Source: Bacteroidales bacterium (GTDB taxonomy: Bacteria > Bacteroidota > Bacteroidia > Bacteroidales > GCA-2748055). Taken from it: a stretch of DNA of 64,000 bases. The translations under genes were made by a program, and so were the position numbers. Within the stretch, counting starts at the first letter, position 1, and each line of letters begins with the position of its first letter. The stretch spans positions 7,581-71,580 of the forward strand of contig JAWKKO010000004.1 in NCBI GenBank assembly GCA_041393235.1. The letters run 5' to 3'. A model generated the notes under the pieces. That model saw nothing but the letters and a program-made list of their open reading frames with translations, was not told the DNA's origin and did not search any database. Positions 1-8,668 of the stretch are shown piece after piece.

Positions 1-1007
1 GAGTTCACGTTGGTGGCCTTGGAATCGTTGATGAAGTCGATGCCGTGCACCCGGGTCACCGATTCGAGCCGGTGCTCCACCCCCTGAAAATCCATGAGGG
101 CTTCCCGGATCACCTCGTTGCGAATCTTCAGCACGTTGCCGGCAATCCCGGCGGCCATGCTGTTGTAGGTGTTGTGCCGGCCCTTGAGGGACAGCTCATG
201 CACCGACATGGAGAAATCCACGTCCTCGAATTCGATCCGCAGGATGTCTCCGTTCTCCACCCAGGCCACGTCCTTGTCCTTCTTGTTGTAGGCAAAGGGC
301 AGCTGCTCGGCCCGGTTCACGATCTTCTCCAGCTCTTTGATGGTGATTTCGTCGTCGGAGCAGAACACGAAGTATTCTTCCTCGGTCAGGTTCTGGGCCA
401 CCCGGAATTTGGAGTCCACGTAGTTCTGGAAATTGTAGTCGTACCGATCCAGGTGGTCGGGTGTGATGTTCAGCAGAATGGCGATGTCGGCCTTGAACTC
501 GTACATGCCGTCGAGCTGGAAGCTGCTCAGCTCCAACACGTAGTAATCATAGTTCTCGGTGGCCACCTGGAAAGCGAAGCTCCGGCCCACGTTCCCGGCG
601 ATGCCCACGTTCAGACCGGCTTTGCGCATCATGTGATGGATCAGGGAGGTGGTGGTGGTTTTTCCATTGCTGCCCGTGATGCAGATTTTTTTGGCATGGG
701 TGTACCGGCCGGCAAATTCGATCTCCGAGATCACCGGAATGTTCTTCTTCCGGATGGCTTTCACGATGTTTGCGCTTTCCGGGATGCCGGGACTTTTGAT
801 GACTTCCTCCGCGTTCAGGATCAGCCGTTCGGTGTGTCCGCCCGACTCGTACAGGATGTTGTGCTCGTCGAGCATCTCCCGGTAAAAGGGTTTGATCTTG
901 CCCGCATCGGAAACAAAGACATCAAATCCTTTGGACCGGGCCAGGATGGCGGCTCCGGTTCCACTTTCTCCTGCGCCAAGGATGACAATGCGTTCTCTGC
1001 TTTCCAT
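1..1007 (-). CDS. murD: UDP-N-acetylmuramoylalanine--D-glutamate ligase MurD; 3' end runs off the window
   Basis: Not in the ORF track because there is no stop in the window. Reverse translation from ATG 1005-1007 gives MESRERIVILGAGESGTG... and contains ITGSNGKTTTT. Follows mraY in dcw order. Confidence 0.9.
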   Translation of the reverse strand, partial: MESRERIVILGAGESGTGAAILARSKGFDVFVSDAGKIKPFYREMLDEHNILYESGGHTERLILNAEEVIKSPGIPESANIVKAIRKKNIPVISEIEFAGRYTHAKKICITGSNGKTTTTSLIHHMMRKAGLNVGIAGNVGRSFAFQVATENYDYYVLELSSFQLDGMYEFKADIAILLNITPDHLDRYDYNFQNYVDSKFRVAQNLTEEEYFVFCSDDEITIKELEKIVNRAEQLPFAYNKKDKDVAWVENGDILRIEFEDVDFSMSVHELSLKGRHNTYNSMAAGIAGNVLKIRNEVIREALMDFQGVEHRLESVTRVHGIDFINDSKATNVN

Positions 1008-1019
1008 AGGTTGGTTCAG

Positions 1020-2270
1020 TTATCTGATTTTGAGGGTGACAATGCTGATGACCGCCAGCAGCAGTCCCACGATCCAGAAACGGGTCACGATCTTCGATTC
1101 GGGGTATCCTTTTTTCTGGTAGTGGTGGTGAAGGGGGGCCATCCGGAACACCCGCCGGCCTTCCCCGTATTTTCGTTTCGTCCGTTTGAAATAGCCCACC
1201 TGAATGATCACCGAAAGGCTCTCGATCATGTACACGCCACAGAGGATGGGAAGGAGCATTTCCTTCCGGATGATGATGGCGAACACGGCGATGATCCCCC
1301 CCAGGGAAAGGCTTCCCGTATCCCCCATGAACACCTGGGCCGGAAAGGCATTGTACCACAGGAAACCGATGGTGGCCCCCAGGAAGGCGGCGGCAAAAAC
1401 CACCAGCTCGCCCGCTCCGGGGATGTGCATGATGTTCAAATAATTCGAGTAGATCGCGTTGCCCGAAAGCCAGGCCAGGATTCCCAGGGTGACCCCGATG
1501 ATGGAGGCCGTCCCCGTGGCCAGACCGTCCAGTCCGTCCGTGAGGTTGGCCCCGTTGGAAACCAGGGTCACGATGAACATGGTGACCAGCACAAACACGA
1601 TCCAGACCAGCTTTCCTGCGTTCTCGCCCAGGAACCAGACCAGCCAGGTGTAATCGAACTCGTTGTTCTTGATGAAGGGAATGGTGGTGAGCGGTTCCTT
1701 GTGCTCCCGGATCACATAGAGATTGCCGGCATCGTCGGCCTGCATTTCCTGGGTGCTGTATTCCTCGAAATTCTCGTTGGTGATGGTGATCCGTTCCCGG
1801 ATGATGGCATCGTCGCTCAGGTAGAGCGTGAGTCCGACGATGAGCCCAAGACCCACCTGACCGAAAATCTTGAACTTGCCGGCCAACCCTTCCTTGTTCT
1901 TGCGGAACACCTTGATGTAATCGTCCAGAAACCCGATCAGTCCCAGCCAGAGGGTGGTGATGAGCATGAGGATGATGTAAATGTTGGTGAGGTCGGCAAA
2001 CAACAACACCGGCACCACGATGGAGGCCAGGATGATGATGCCGCCCATGGTGGGGGTCCCTTTCTTCTCCATCTGTCCCTGGAGGCCCAGGTCCCGAACC
2101 GACTCCCCGATCTGCTTCCTCTGCAGGTAGCGGATGATCCGCTTCCCGATGATCATGGAGATGACCAGGGAGGTGATCACGGTGAAGGAGGCACGGGAGG
2201 AAAGATAGCGGAACATGCCGGCTCCCGGGATATCCAATTTGTCGAGGTATGAGAACAAATGATAGATCAT
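1020..2270 (-). CDS. mraY: phospho-N-acetylmuramoyl-pentapeptide transferase MraY
   Basis: 416-aa polytopic ORF with [12 protein letters not shown] and RMAPLHHHY motifs. ATG verified. dcw context. Confidence 0.95.
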   Translation of the reverse strand: MIYHLFSYLDKLDIPGAGMFRYLSSRASFTVITSLVISMIIGKRIIRYLQRKQIGESVRDLGLQGQMEKKGTPTMGGIIILASIVVPVLLFADLTNIYIILMLITTLWLGLIGFLDDYIKVFRKNKEGLAGKFKIFGQVGLGLIVGLTLYLSDDAIIRERITITNENFEEYSTQEMQADDAGNLYVIREHKEPLTTIPFIKNNEFDYTWLVWFLGENAGKLVWIVFVLVTMFIVTLVSNGANLTDGLDGLATGTASIIGVTLGILAWLSGNAIYSNYLNIMHIPGAGELVVFAAAFLGATIGFLWYNAFPAQVFMGDTGSLSLGGIIAVFAIIIRKEMLLPILCGVYMIESLSVIIQVGYFKRTKRKYGEGRRVFRMAPLHHHYQKKGYPESKIVTRFWIVGLLLAVISIVTLKIR

Positions 2271-2271
2271 C

Positions 2272-3721
2272 TCAGCGGGCCATGTAGGTTTTCAGAATTT
2301 CCATGTCGTCGAAGGGACGCCGGACCCCGGCAATTTCCTGGTAATGCTCGTGGCCTTTCCCGGCGACCAGGACCACGTCCCCTTTTTCCGCCAGAAGACA
2401 GGCGGTGCGGATGGCTTCCTCCCGGTTGGCGATCCGCAGGCAGCGCCGCTCCAATTCGCCGCTCACCCCGGCCATCATGTCATCGAGAATGTCCTCGGGA
2501 TTTTCGTTCCGGGGGTTGTCGGAGGTGAACACAACGCGGTTGCTCCATTCGGCGGCGATGAGGGCCATTTTGGGCCTCTTTCCCTTGTCCCGGTTTCCGC
2601 CCGCGCCCACCACGGTCACCAGCTTGCACTGGGGAGGCATGGCTTCCCGGATGGTCTCCAGAACGTTTTGCAGGGCATCCGGACTGTGGGCATAATCCAC
2701 GATGCCGGTTGCCCCGGAGGGTGCATGGTAGGCCTCGAACCGACCCTCCACCGGCTCCATCCGGCTCAAGCCGCGCAACACCTCGTCCCGGTCGTGTCCC
2801 AGCAACAACGCCACCCCGTACACGGCCAGCAGGTTGCTCGCGTTGAACGCGCCGGGGATCCGGACCCAGAGGGGGTGTCGTCCACCACCAGGGAGCTTCC
2901 CTCGAGATGCAGTTCCAGAATGCGGGCCCGGTAATCGGCCGGAACCTTCAACCCGAAGGTCATTGCCTTGCCCTGCAATTCTGCAGCATGACGATGCCGT
3001 TCTTGTCGTCGGCATTCACCAGGGCGAAGGCCTCCGGGGTCAATCCGTCGAACAGTCGTTTCTTGGCCTTCAGGTAGGCGGCAACATCGGGGTGGTAATC
3101 CAGATGGTCCCGGGTCAGGTTGGTGAACACAGCCCCCGCAAAGGCCAGGGCCCCGGCCCGGTCCTGGTCCAGGGCATGGCTCGACACCTCCATGAAACAG
3201 TGGGAGCAGCCTTCGTCCACCATGGCCCGGAGGTAGGCATTCAGCTGCAGGGGATCGGGGGTGGTGTGCGTGGCCGGATGTTCCTGGTTGCCCACGAGCA
3301 CCCGGATGGTGGAGAGCAATCCCGCACGGTATCCCAGATCCTGATGAAGCCGGTGCAAAAGTGTGGCAATGGTGGTTTTCCCGTTGGTGCCGGTAATTCC
3401 CACCAGATGCAATTGCCGGGATGGGTGGCCGTACCAGGCGGCTGCCAGCTCGGCCAGGGCCAACCGGCTGTTCCAGACCCGAAGGATCAGGACCTCCGGT
3501 GCCGGAGTTTCCGGAAAGATTTCACATACCACCACCGACACCCCGGCTGCGATGGCTTGGGGGATGAAATCATGTCCGTCGCCCAGCGTTCCCCGGATGG
3601 CCACGAAAAGACGTCCGGGTGCCGCCGCTCTGGAATCAAAGCAAATGCCGGAAACCTCCGGATCGCCCGAACCCCGCCTTTCGGCGATGTGCAAAGCCTG
3701 TATGAGTGTCGTGGTCTTCAA
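2272..3721 (-). pseudogene. murE: UDP-N-acetylmuramoyl-tripeptide synthetase MurE, interrupted by two 1-nt frameshifts (possibly sequence artefacts)
   Basis: MurE homology is split over three frames: 2960..3721 (N-terminus, GITGTNGKTT), 2766..2978 ([32 protein letters not shown]) and 2272..3015 ([15 protein letters not shown]...C-terminus). TTG start at 3721. Confidence 0.85.
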
Positions 3722-3746
3722 TTCGTTCGTCTCTTTATCTTCCGCC

Positions 3747-5861
3747 TTATCCTTCGGTCATGCTCATCGTCAACTGGATCCGCATGCCTCTCTGCACCCG
3801 GCTGCCGGCGGGGACCGACTGACTCCGCACGGTGCCCCGTCCGCGGACTTCCACCCGCATCCCCCGCTCCTCCAGAAGGTACACCGCATCCTTCAGTCCC
3901 ATGTCCCTGACATCGGGAACCAGGGATTTTCCCTGCTCGCGTGACAGGAGCTGGACCCCGCTCTCCGTGCTCCGCGTGCTCACCCAGCGGGCCGCATCAT
4001 TCGTTTTCTCGTAGGGCAGGTCGAGCCGGGCAAAAACAGCCTCCAGGGCCCTGCTTTCGCCGCTTTTGGAATAGGGTGCCTGCACCTCCTGCCGGGCCAG
4101 GGTCTGGGGTTCCCGGGTGAGGTCATACTCCCGGACATAAATGCGGTCGGCGATCTCCCGGAAAATGGGTCCCGCCACCAGATTCCCGTAATAAATGCTT
4201 TTGGAGGGGGCATTGACGACCACGATGCAGGAGTAGCGCGGATCGTCGGCGGGAAAATATCCTGCAAAGGAGGCCTGGTACTTGGAATTGGCATAGCCCT
4301 CCTTGTTGGTCGAGACCTGGGCCGTGCCGGTTTTGCCGGCAATGTCGTAATTGGTGTTGGCCAGGTTCTTCGCCGTTCCATCCTTCACCACCCCCTCCAT
4401 CATGACCTTCACTTTCTCCAGGGTTTCCCTGGAGCAGATCCGGTGGTTGATGACTTCCGCATCCATCCGTCGGACCGTTTTCCCGTGAAAGCGCATTTCT
4501 TCCACAAAACAGGGCTTCACCATGGTCCCGTCGTTGGCGATGGCATTGTAGAACGTAAGGATTTGCAACGGGGTGAGCTGGACCTCGTATCCGATGGACA
4601 TCCACGGAAGGGACAACCCGGACCACAGGGGATGGTCTGTGTAGCGGATCTCGGGCCGGCCCTCTCCCCGGATTTCGAGGTCGAGGGTCTGGTTGAGGCC
4701 CATTTCATAGAGGCGGTCCACAAACTTTTCCGGCTTGTCCTTGTAATTCTCGAAAACCAGCCGGGAGATGCCCACGTTGGAGGACTTCTCAAAGGCCTGC
4801 TGGGCGGTGATCTTTCCCAATCCGTGGTCCCCGCTGTCCTCCATCTTCTGGCCGTAGTAATAGGTGACCCCGTTGCCAACGTCCACGATGTCGGTGGGCT
4901 CCACATAACCATCCTCCAGGAGGGCGATCATGGAAGCCAGCTTGAAGGTGGAGCCCGGCTCGGTGCTGGCTCCGATGGCGTAGTTGTAATCCTCCACATA
5001 GTCCCCGTTCTCCTGAAGGGACAAATTGGCGATGGCCCGGACCTTTCCGGTGGCCACTTCCATGACCACCACCGATCCATGGTCGGCGCCGTGGCGCATC
5101 AGCTGGTTGTACAGGGCGCTTTCCGCCACATCCTGCAAATCCACGTCAATGGTGGTGACCACGTCGTATCCGTCCTTGGGCTCCACCTCCTGGGCGTCGC
5201 TGACGGGCATCCACACGTCGCCCCGGATCTTCCGCATCAGCCGGGATCCTTCCACCCCTTTCAATTCCTGCTCGTAGGCACCTTCAATGCCCACCACCGA
5301 ACGGAAATCGCCGCTCATGGTATAGCCCACCGTCCGGGCGGCCAGCCGTCCGTACGGGCGAACCCGCTTGTTTTGCTGTTCGTAGATCACACCGCCCTTG
5401 TATTGCCCCAGGCGATAGATGGGAAACTGTTTCACCGCCTGCAACTGGGTGTAGGTCACATTCCGTTTCACCAGAAAATACCGTTCCCCATCCTCCCGGG
5501 CCTGGACGAGCTGACGCTTGTAGGTGGTCCAGTGCCGGTCCTGGAACAGGTTGGCCAGGGATTTGGACAAACCGTCCACGCCCTGGTCGAAAATCTCCCG
5601 GGTGAAGGACTGGGACTGGAAATCCATGCGAATCTCATAATAGGGAATGGAAACGGCCAGAAGGCGCCCGTCGGCGGAGTAGATGTTGCCCCGGTTGGGC
5701 TCGATGCGTTTCCTTTGCACGCTGCTGTTCTCCTCCTGCCCCCAGGTCTCCTGCTCGAAGATCTGCATGTAAAGCGTCTTCCCGAGAATCAGCAGGCCCA
5801 CCAGGAAAAAACCGATGTACACCAGGGAGGCTCGGATCAATATGTCGCGTTTGAGGGACAT
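3747..5861 (-). CDS. ftsI: penicillin-binding protein 3 / FtsI transpeptidase with C-terminal PASTA-like domain
   Basis: 704 aa with an N-terminal TM segment. SxxK (GSTFK), SxN (KSSN) and KTG (GKTGTA) motifs. dcw context. Confidence 0.93.
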   Translation of the reverse strand: MSLKRDILIRASLVYIGFFLVGLLILGKTLYMQIFEQETWGQEENSSVQRKRIEPNRGNIYSADGRLLAVSIPYYEIRMDFQSQSFTREIFDQGVDGLSKSLANLFQDRHWTTYKRQLVQAREDGERYFLVKRNVTYTQLQAVKQFPIYRLGQYKGGVIYEQQNKRVRPYGRLAARTVGYTMSGDFRSVVGIEGAYEQELKGVEGSRLMRKIRGDVWMPVSDAQEVEPKDGYDVVTTIDVDLQDVAESALYNQLMRHGADHGSVVVMEVATGKVRAIANLSLQENGDYVEDYNYAIGASTEPGSTFKLASMIALLEDGYVEPTDIVDVGNGVTYYYGQKMEDSGDHGLGKITAQQAFEKSSNVGISRLVFENYKDKPEKFVDRLYEMGLNQTLDLEIRGEGRPEIRYTDHPLWSGLSLPWMSIGYEVQLTPLQILTFYNAIANDGTMVKPCFVEEMRFHGKTVRRMDAEVINHRICSRETLEKVKVMMEGVVKDGTAKNLANTNYDIAGKTGTAQVSTNKEGYANSKYQASFAGYFPADDPRYSCIVVVNAPSKSIYYGNLVAGPIFREIADRIYVREYDLTREPQTLARQEVQAPYSKSGESRALEAVFARLDLPYEKTNDAARWVSTRSTESGVQLLSREQGKSLVPDVRDMGLKDAVYLLEERGMRVEVRGRGTVRSQSVPAGSRVQRGMRIQLTMSMTEG

Positions 5862-5862
5862 G

Positions 5863-6231
5863 CTACTTCTTGGGCTTCACCAGTTTTTTGTTGGGTTCCA
5901 GGTTCTCCTCCAGGCCAAGACCGTAATTCTCGACCAGACGCACCACCTCGGATTGCCGGCTGAGCCGGACCAGATCCGCCGAAATGGTGATGGATTTGGA
6001 ATGCATTTCCTTGACATCCTTCTCCAACTGATTCAGGCGGATCACCGTTTTCTCGGCATGGTTCCGGTTGGCAATGGAAAAGAAGGCGATGAACACAAGG
6101 AGAAGAAGGTACCGCCTGTGCTTCCAGACCTCCTGAAGCACATTGCCATTGAGGAAATCCCGGGGATGGATGCTTTGCACCCTGTCCTCGAAGGCGGGAT
6201 CAAACTCGACGTTTCTTTTCTTTCTTGCCAT
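5863..6231 (-). CDS. FtsL-like cell division protein (small bitopic membrane protein)
   Basis: About 122 aa with a single TM (YLLLLVFIAFFSIA) followed by a coiled region, between rsmH and ftsI. ATG at 6229-6231 overlaps the rsmH stop; the track start 6234 is GTG. Confidence 0.75.
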   Translation of the reverse strand: MARKKRNVEFDPAFEDRVQSIHPRDFLNGNVLQEVWKHRRYLLLLVFIAFFSIANRNHAEKTVIRLNQLEKDVKEMHSKSITISADLVRLSRQSEVVRLVENYGLGLEENLEPNKKLVKPKK

Positions 6232-7133
6232 CACTCGGTTCGTTCTGCGATTCTCAATTTGGCACTCCGTGCCCGTTTGTTTTCATTCAATTCCTCTTCC
6301 GACGGGGTGATCACGGTGCGATTCACCGGCACCCAGGGACTCAAAGGATTCCCGTAAAAATCTTTCTCCACGTCCCCTTCCAGGTTCCCGCTGCGCATGA
6401 ACAGCTTCACCATCCGGTCTTCCAGGCTGTGGTAGGTCAGGATGACCAGCCTCCCTCCGGGCGCAACGCATTCCGTGGTTTGGAGGAGCATGTGGGCCAG
6501 GGCATCCATCTCCCCGTTGACCTCCATCCGGAGGGCCTGGTACACCTTGGCCAGGAATTTCTGGGATTGGCCCCGGGGAAGAAACGGCTCCAGGACGCGC
6601 TCCAGATCGCCCGTGCGCTCCAGGGGTTTCTCCTCCCTGGCCCGGACAATCCGCGTGGCCAGGGACCCGGCTTGCTTCAACTCACCATAGCTTCGGAAGA
6701 TCCGGGCCAGGTCGTCCCGGCTCCGGGTGTTCAGCAACCCGGCGGCCGTGGTGTCCGACCGCGCATTCATGCGCATGTCCAGGACGGCATCGGCCCGGAA
6801 GGTGAATCCCCGTTCGGGTACGTCGATTTGGTGGGAGGAGATCCCCAGGTCGGCCAGAATCCCGTCGACCCGTCCCATCCCGTGATACCGGAGAAAGTGT
6901 TTCAGGTATTTGAAGTTGGCAGGCGCAAAAGCCAGTCGCTTGTCCCGTGGAAGATTGGCCGCCGCATCCGGATCCTGGTCAAATGCCAGAAGTTTTCCCT
7001 TTTTGCCCAATCTGGAAAGAACTTCCCTGGAATGCCCGCCGCCACCGAAGGTCAGGTCCACGTATGCCCCATCTGGCTTCACCCTCAAGCCTTCCACACT
7101 TTCGTGCAACAGCACCGGGTTGTGGTAGCTCAT
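6231..7133 (-). CDS. rsmH: 16S rRNA (cytosine1402-N4)-methyltransferase RsmH
   Basis: 300 aa with HNPVLLHE, DLTFGGGGHS and DLGISSHQID motifs. Confidence 0.95.
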   Translation of the reverse strand: MSYHNPVLLHESVEGLRVKPDGAYVDLTFGGGGHSREVLSRLGKKGKLLAFDQDPDAAANLPRDKRLAFAPANFKYLKHFLRYHGMGRVDGILADLGISSHQIDVPERGFTFRADAVLDMRMNARSDTTAAGLLNTRSRDDLARIFRSYGELKQAGSLATRIVRAREEKPLERTGDLERVLEPFLPRGQSQKFLAKVYQALRMEVNGEMDALAHMLLQTTECVAPGGRLVILTYHSLEDRMVKLFMRSGNLEGDVEKDFYGNPLSPWVPVNRTVITPSEEELNENKRARSAKLRIAERTE

Positions 7134-7600
7134 CGGCCTGGTGCGGGTTCATCCGGACCACCAAGCAACTCTTCAATATCGGACCCGTAGCTGTCTCCCG
7201 GCATGCAGCTCTCCTCGTATTTCCGAAGATCCCACACCTCAATTTTCCCGGCCTGCCCGGCCAGCACCAGGTCCTCTCCCGCTTCCGCATAATCGAGCAG
7301 AAGCTTGGGGATCAGGATCCGGTTGTTTGAATCGAGAGTCAGCTCGAAGGTCCCGGCAAAGAACTGACGCAGGGTCTGCGCCTGCTTCTTGTTGTAGGGA
7401 TTGGTGCGTGCCCGGATCCGTTCGACCTCCCGGTCCCATTCTTCCTTGGGATACAGAACCAAACACTTCACGTACACGTCCCTCTTCACCACAAGACCCT
7501 GACTTACAGCTTCCCCCATCCGCTTTTTGAAGGCAGAGGGAAACGTCAGCCGGCCCTTGGCATCCAGCTTCACCGTATAGTCGCCAATAAAGGAGATCAT
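7130..7600 (-). CDS. mraZ: division/cell wall cluster transcriptional regulator MraZ
   Basis: Internal ATG at 7598-7600 gives MISFIGDYTVKLDAKGRLTFPSAF..., a duplicated SpoVT/AbrB-like MraZ fold. The upstream part of the 214-aa track ORF is non-coding leader. Confidence 0.9.
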   Translation of the reverse strand: MISFIGDYTVKLDAKGRLTFPSAFKKRMGEAVSQGLVVKRDVYVKCLVLYPKEEWDREVERIRARTNPYNKKQAQTLRQFFAGTFELTLDSNNRILIPKLLLDYAEAGEDLVLAGQAGKIEVWDLRKYEESCMPGDSYGSDIEELLGGPDEPAPGR

Positions 7601-7642
7601 CAGGTCATCACAGGGTTTAGGTGTAAAGGTAATACTTTTTGC

Positions 7643-7677
7643 CCCACAACAACCCACCCCGCCCCACTTTCCCCCAC
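7643..7677 (-). promoter_or_regulatory. MraZ-type operator: four GTGGG direct repeats at exact 10-nt phasing upstream of mraZ
   Basis: The plus strand has CCCAC at 7643, 7653, 7663 and 7673 (GTGGG on the gene strand), 43-77 nt upstream of the mraZ ATG. This matches the GTGGG-repeat operator described for E. coli MraZ. Confidence 0.6.
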
Positions 7678-7743
7678 TTCTGTTGATAACTTTTGTTTTC
7701 CGCCCGTTTTTGACCCACCCGGCAGGGACAGGGGATTTTTGTT

Positions 7744-7751
7744 TATTTTTG
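7744..7751 (+). promoter_or_regulatory. candidate Bacteroidota -7 promoter box (TAnnTTTG) for the acyltransferase/GNAT operon
   Basis: TATTTTTG lies 38 nt upstream of ATG 7789. No good -33 element was seen. Confidence 0.3.
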
Positions 7752-7788
7752 TCCAAAAGGTCCGCCCGGACCACAGAATCGGAAGGAA

Positions 7789-8658
7789 ATGGATGAAGCG
7801 ACGCACAAGGAGAATTTCAAACCCATCGTCCTGCGGGACCTCTTCATGGACAAGAATCCCTCCCTTGCGCGGTGGATCCCCGGGTTTGTATACCGCATGC
7901 TGAGCCGGATCCTTCGGATCGACTTCATGAACTACCCCATCCTCTACGAACACGGATACAAAAAAGACGCGGCATTCGCGAAGGCCTCCATCGAAGCCTT
8001 CGGTGTGAGCCTGGAGGTCCGCGGAAAGGAAAACCTGCCCAAGGGGGACCGGTATCTGTTTGTAGCCCAACCATCCCTGGGCGGATTCGACGGCATGATG
8101 ATCATCAGCGAATTGTGCGACGAGTACCGCCATGTGAAGGTGTTGGTCAACGACCTATTGATGAACATCCGGAACATGGACGGCATCTTTGTCCCCATCA
8201 ACAAGCACGGCGGCCAGGCCAAGGACAACGTCAAGCGGATCAACGACATCTTTGCCTCCGACGAGCAGGTCATGTCGTTTCCGGCCGGTCTGGTTTCCCG
8301 GCGCTCGGGGGGCGTGATCGAAGACAAGACCTGGCAGAAAAACTTCATTGCGAAGGCCCGGCAGACCCAACGGGATGTGGTGCCCATCCACGTGTCGGGC
8401 CGAAACTCAAACTTCTTTTACAACCTGGCGAACATCCGCAAATTCCTGGGGATCAAAGCCAATCTGGAAATGTTCTTTCTCCCCAATGAATCCTACAAAC
8501 ACCGGAACAAACACTTTGTCCTGACCTTCGGGAAGTCCATTCCCTGGGAAACCTTCGATTCGCGCCGTACTCCGGCCGAATGGGCAGAATTGGTGCGTCA
8601 ATACACCTACCGCCTGGCCGGAAATCCGGAAGAGGAATTTACCATCACCAACACCTAA
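7789..8658 (+). CDS. PlsC-family lysolipid O-acyltransferase (GlsA/OlsA-like)
   Basis: 289 aa, acyltransferase-like (FPAGLVSRR block), immediately upstream of a hemolysin-like GNAT. The expected NHP..GG.DG motif reads AQPSLGGFDG (see findings). Confidence 0.7.
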   Translation: MDEATHKENFKPIVLRDLFMDKNPSLARWIPGFVYRMLSRILRIDFMNYPILYEHGYKKDAAFAKASIEAFGVSLEVRGKENLPKGDRYLFVAQPSLGGFDGMMIISELCDEYRHVKVLVNDLLMNIRNMDGIFVPINKHGGQAKDNVKRINDIFASDEQVMSFPAGLVSRRSGGVIEDKTWQKNFIAKARQTQRDVVPIHVSGRNSNFFYNLANIRKFLGIKANLEMFFLPNESYKHRNKHFVLTFGKSIPWETFDSRRTPAEWAELVRQYTYRLAGNPEEEFTITNT

Positions 8659-8668
8659 ACCACAGCAC

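Noticed and set aside
45-2252. 735-aa ORF on the plus strand
   Set aside because: It lies antisense to the well-conserved murD and mraY. The translation is low-complexity (G/H/D/P/V-rich) with no recognisable domain. It is a typical shadow ORF of a GC-rich genome.
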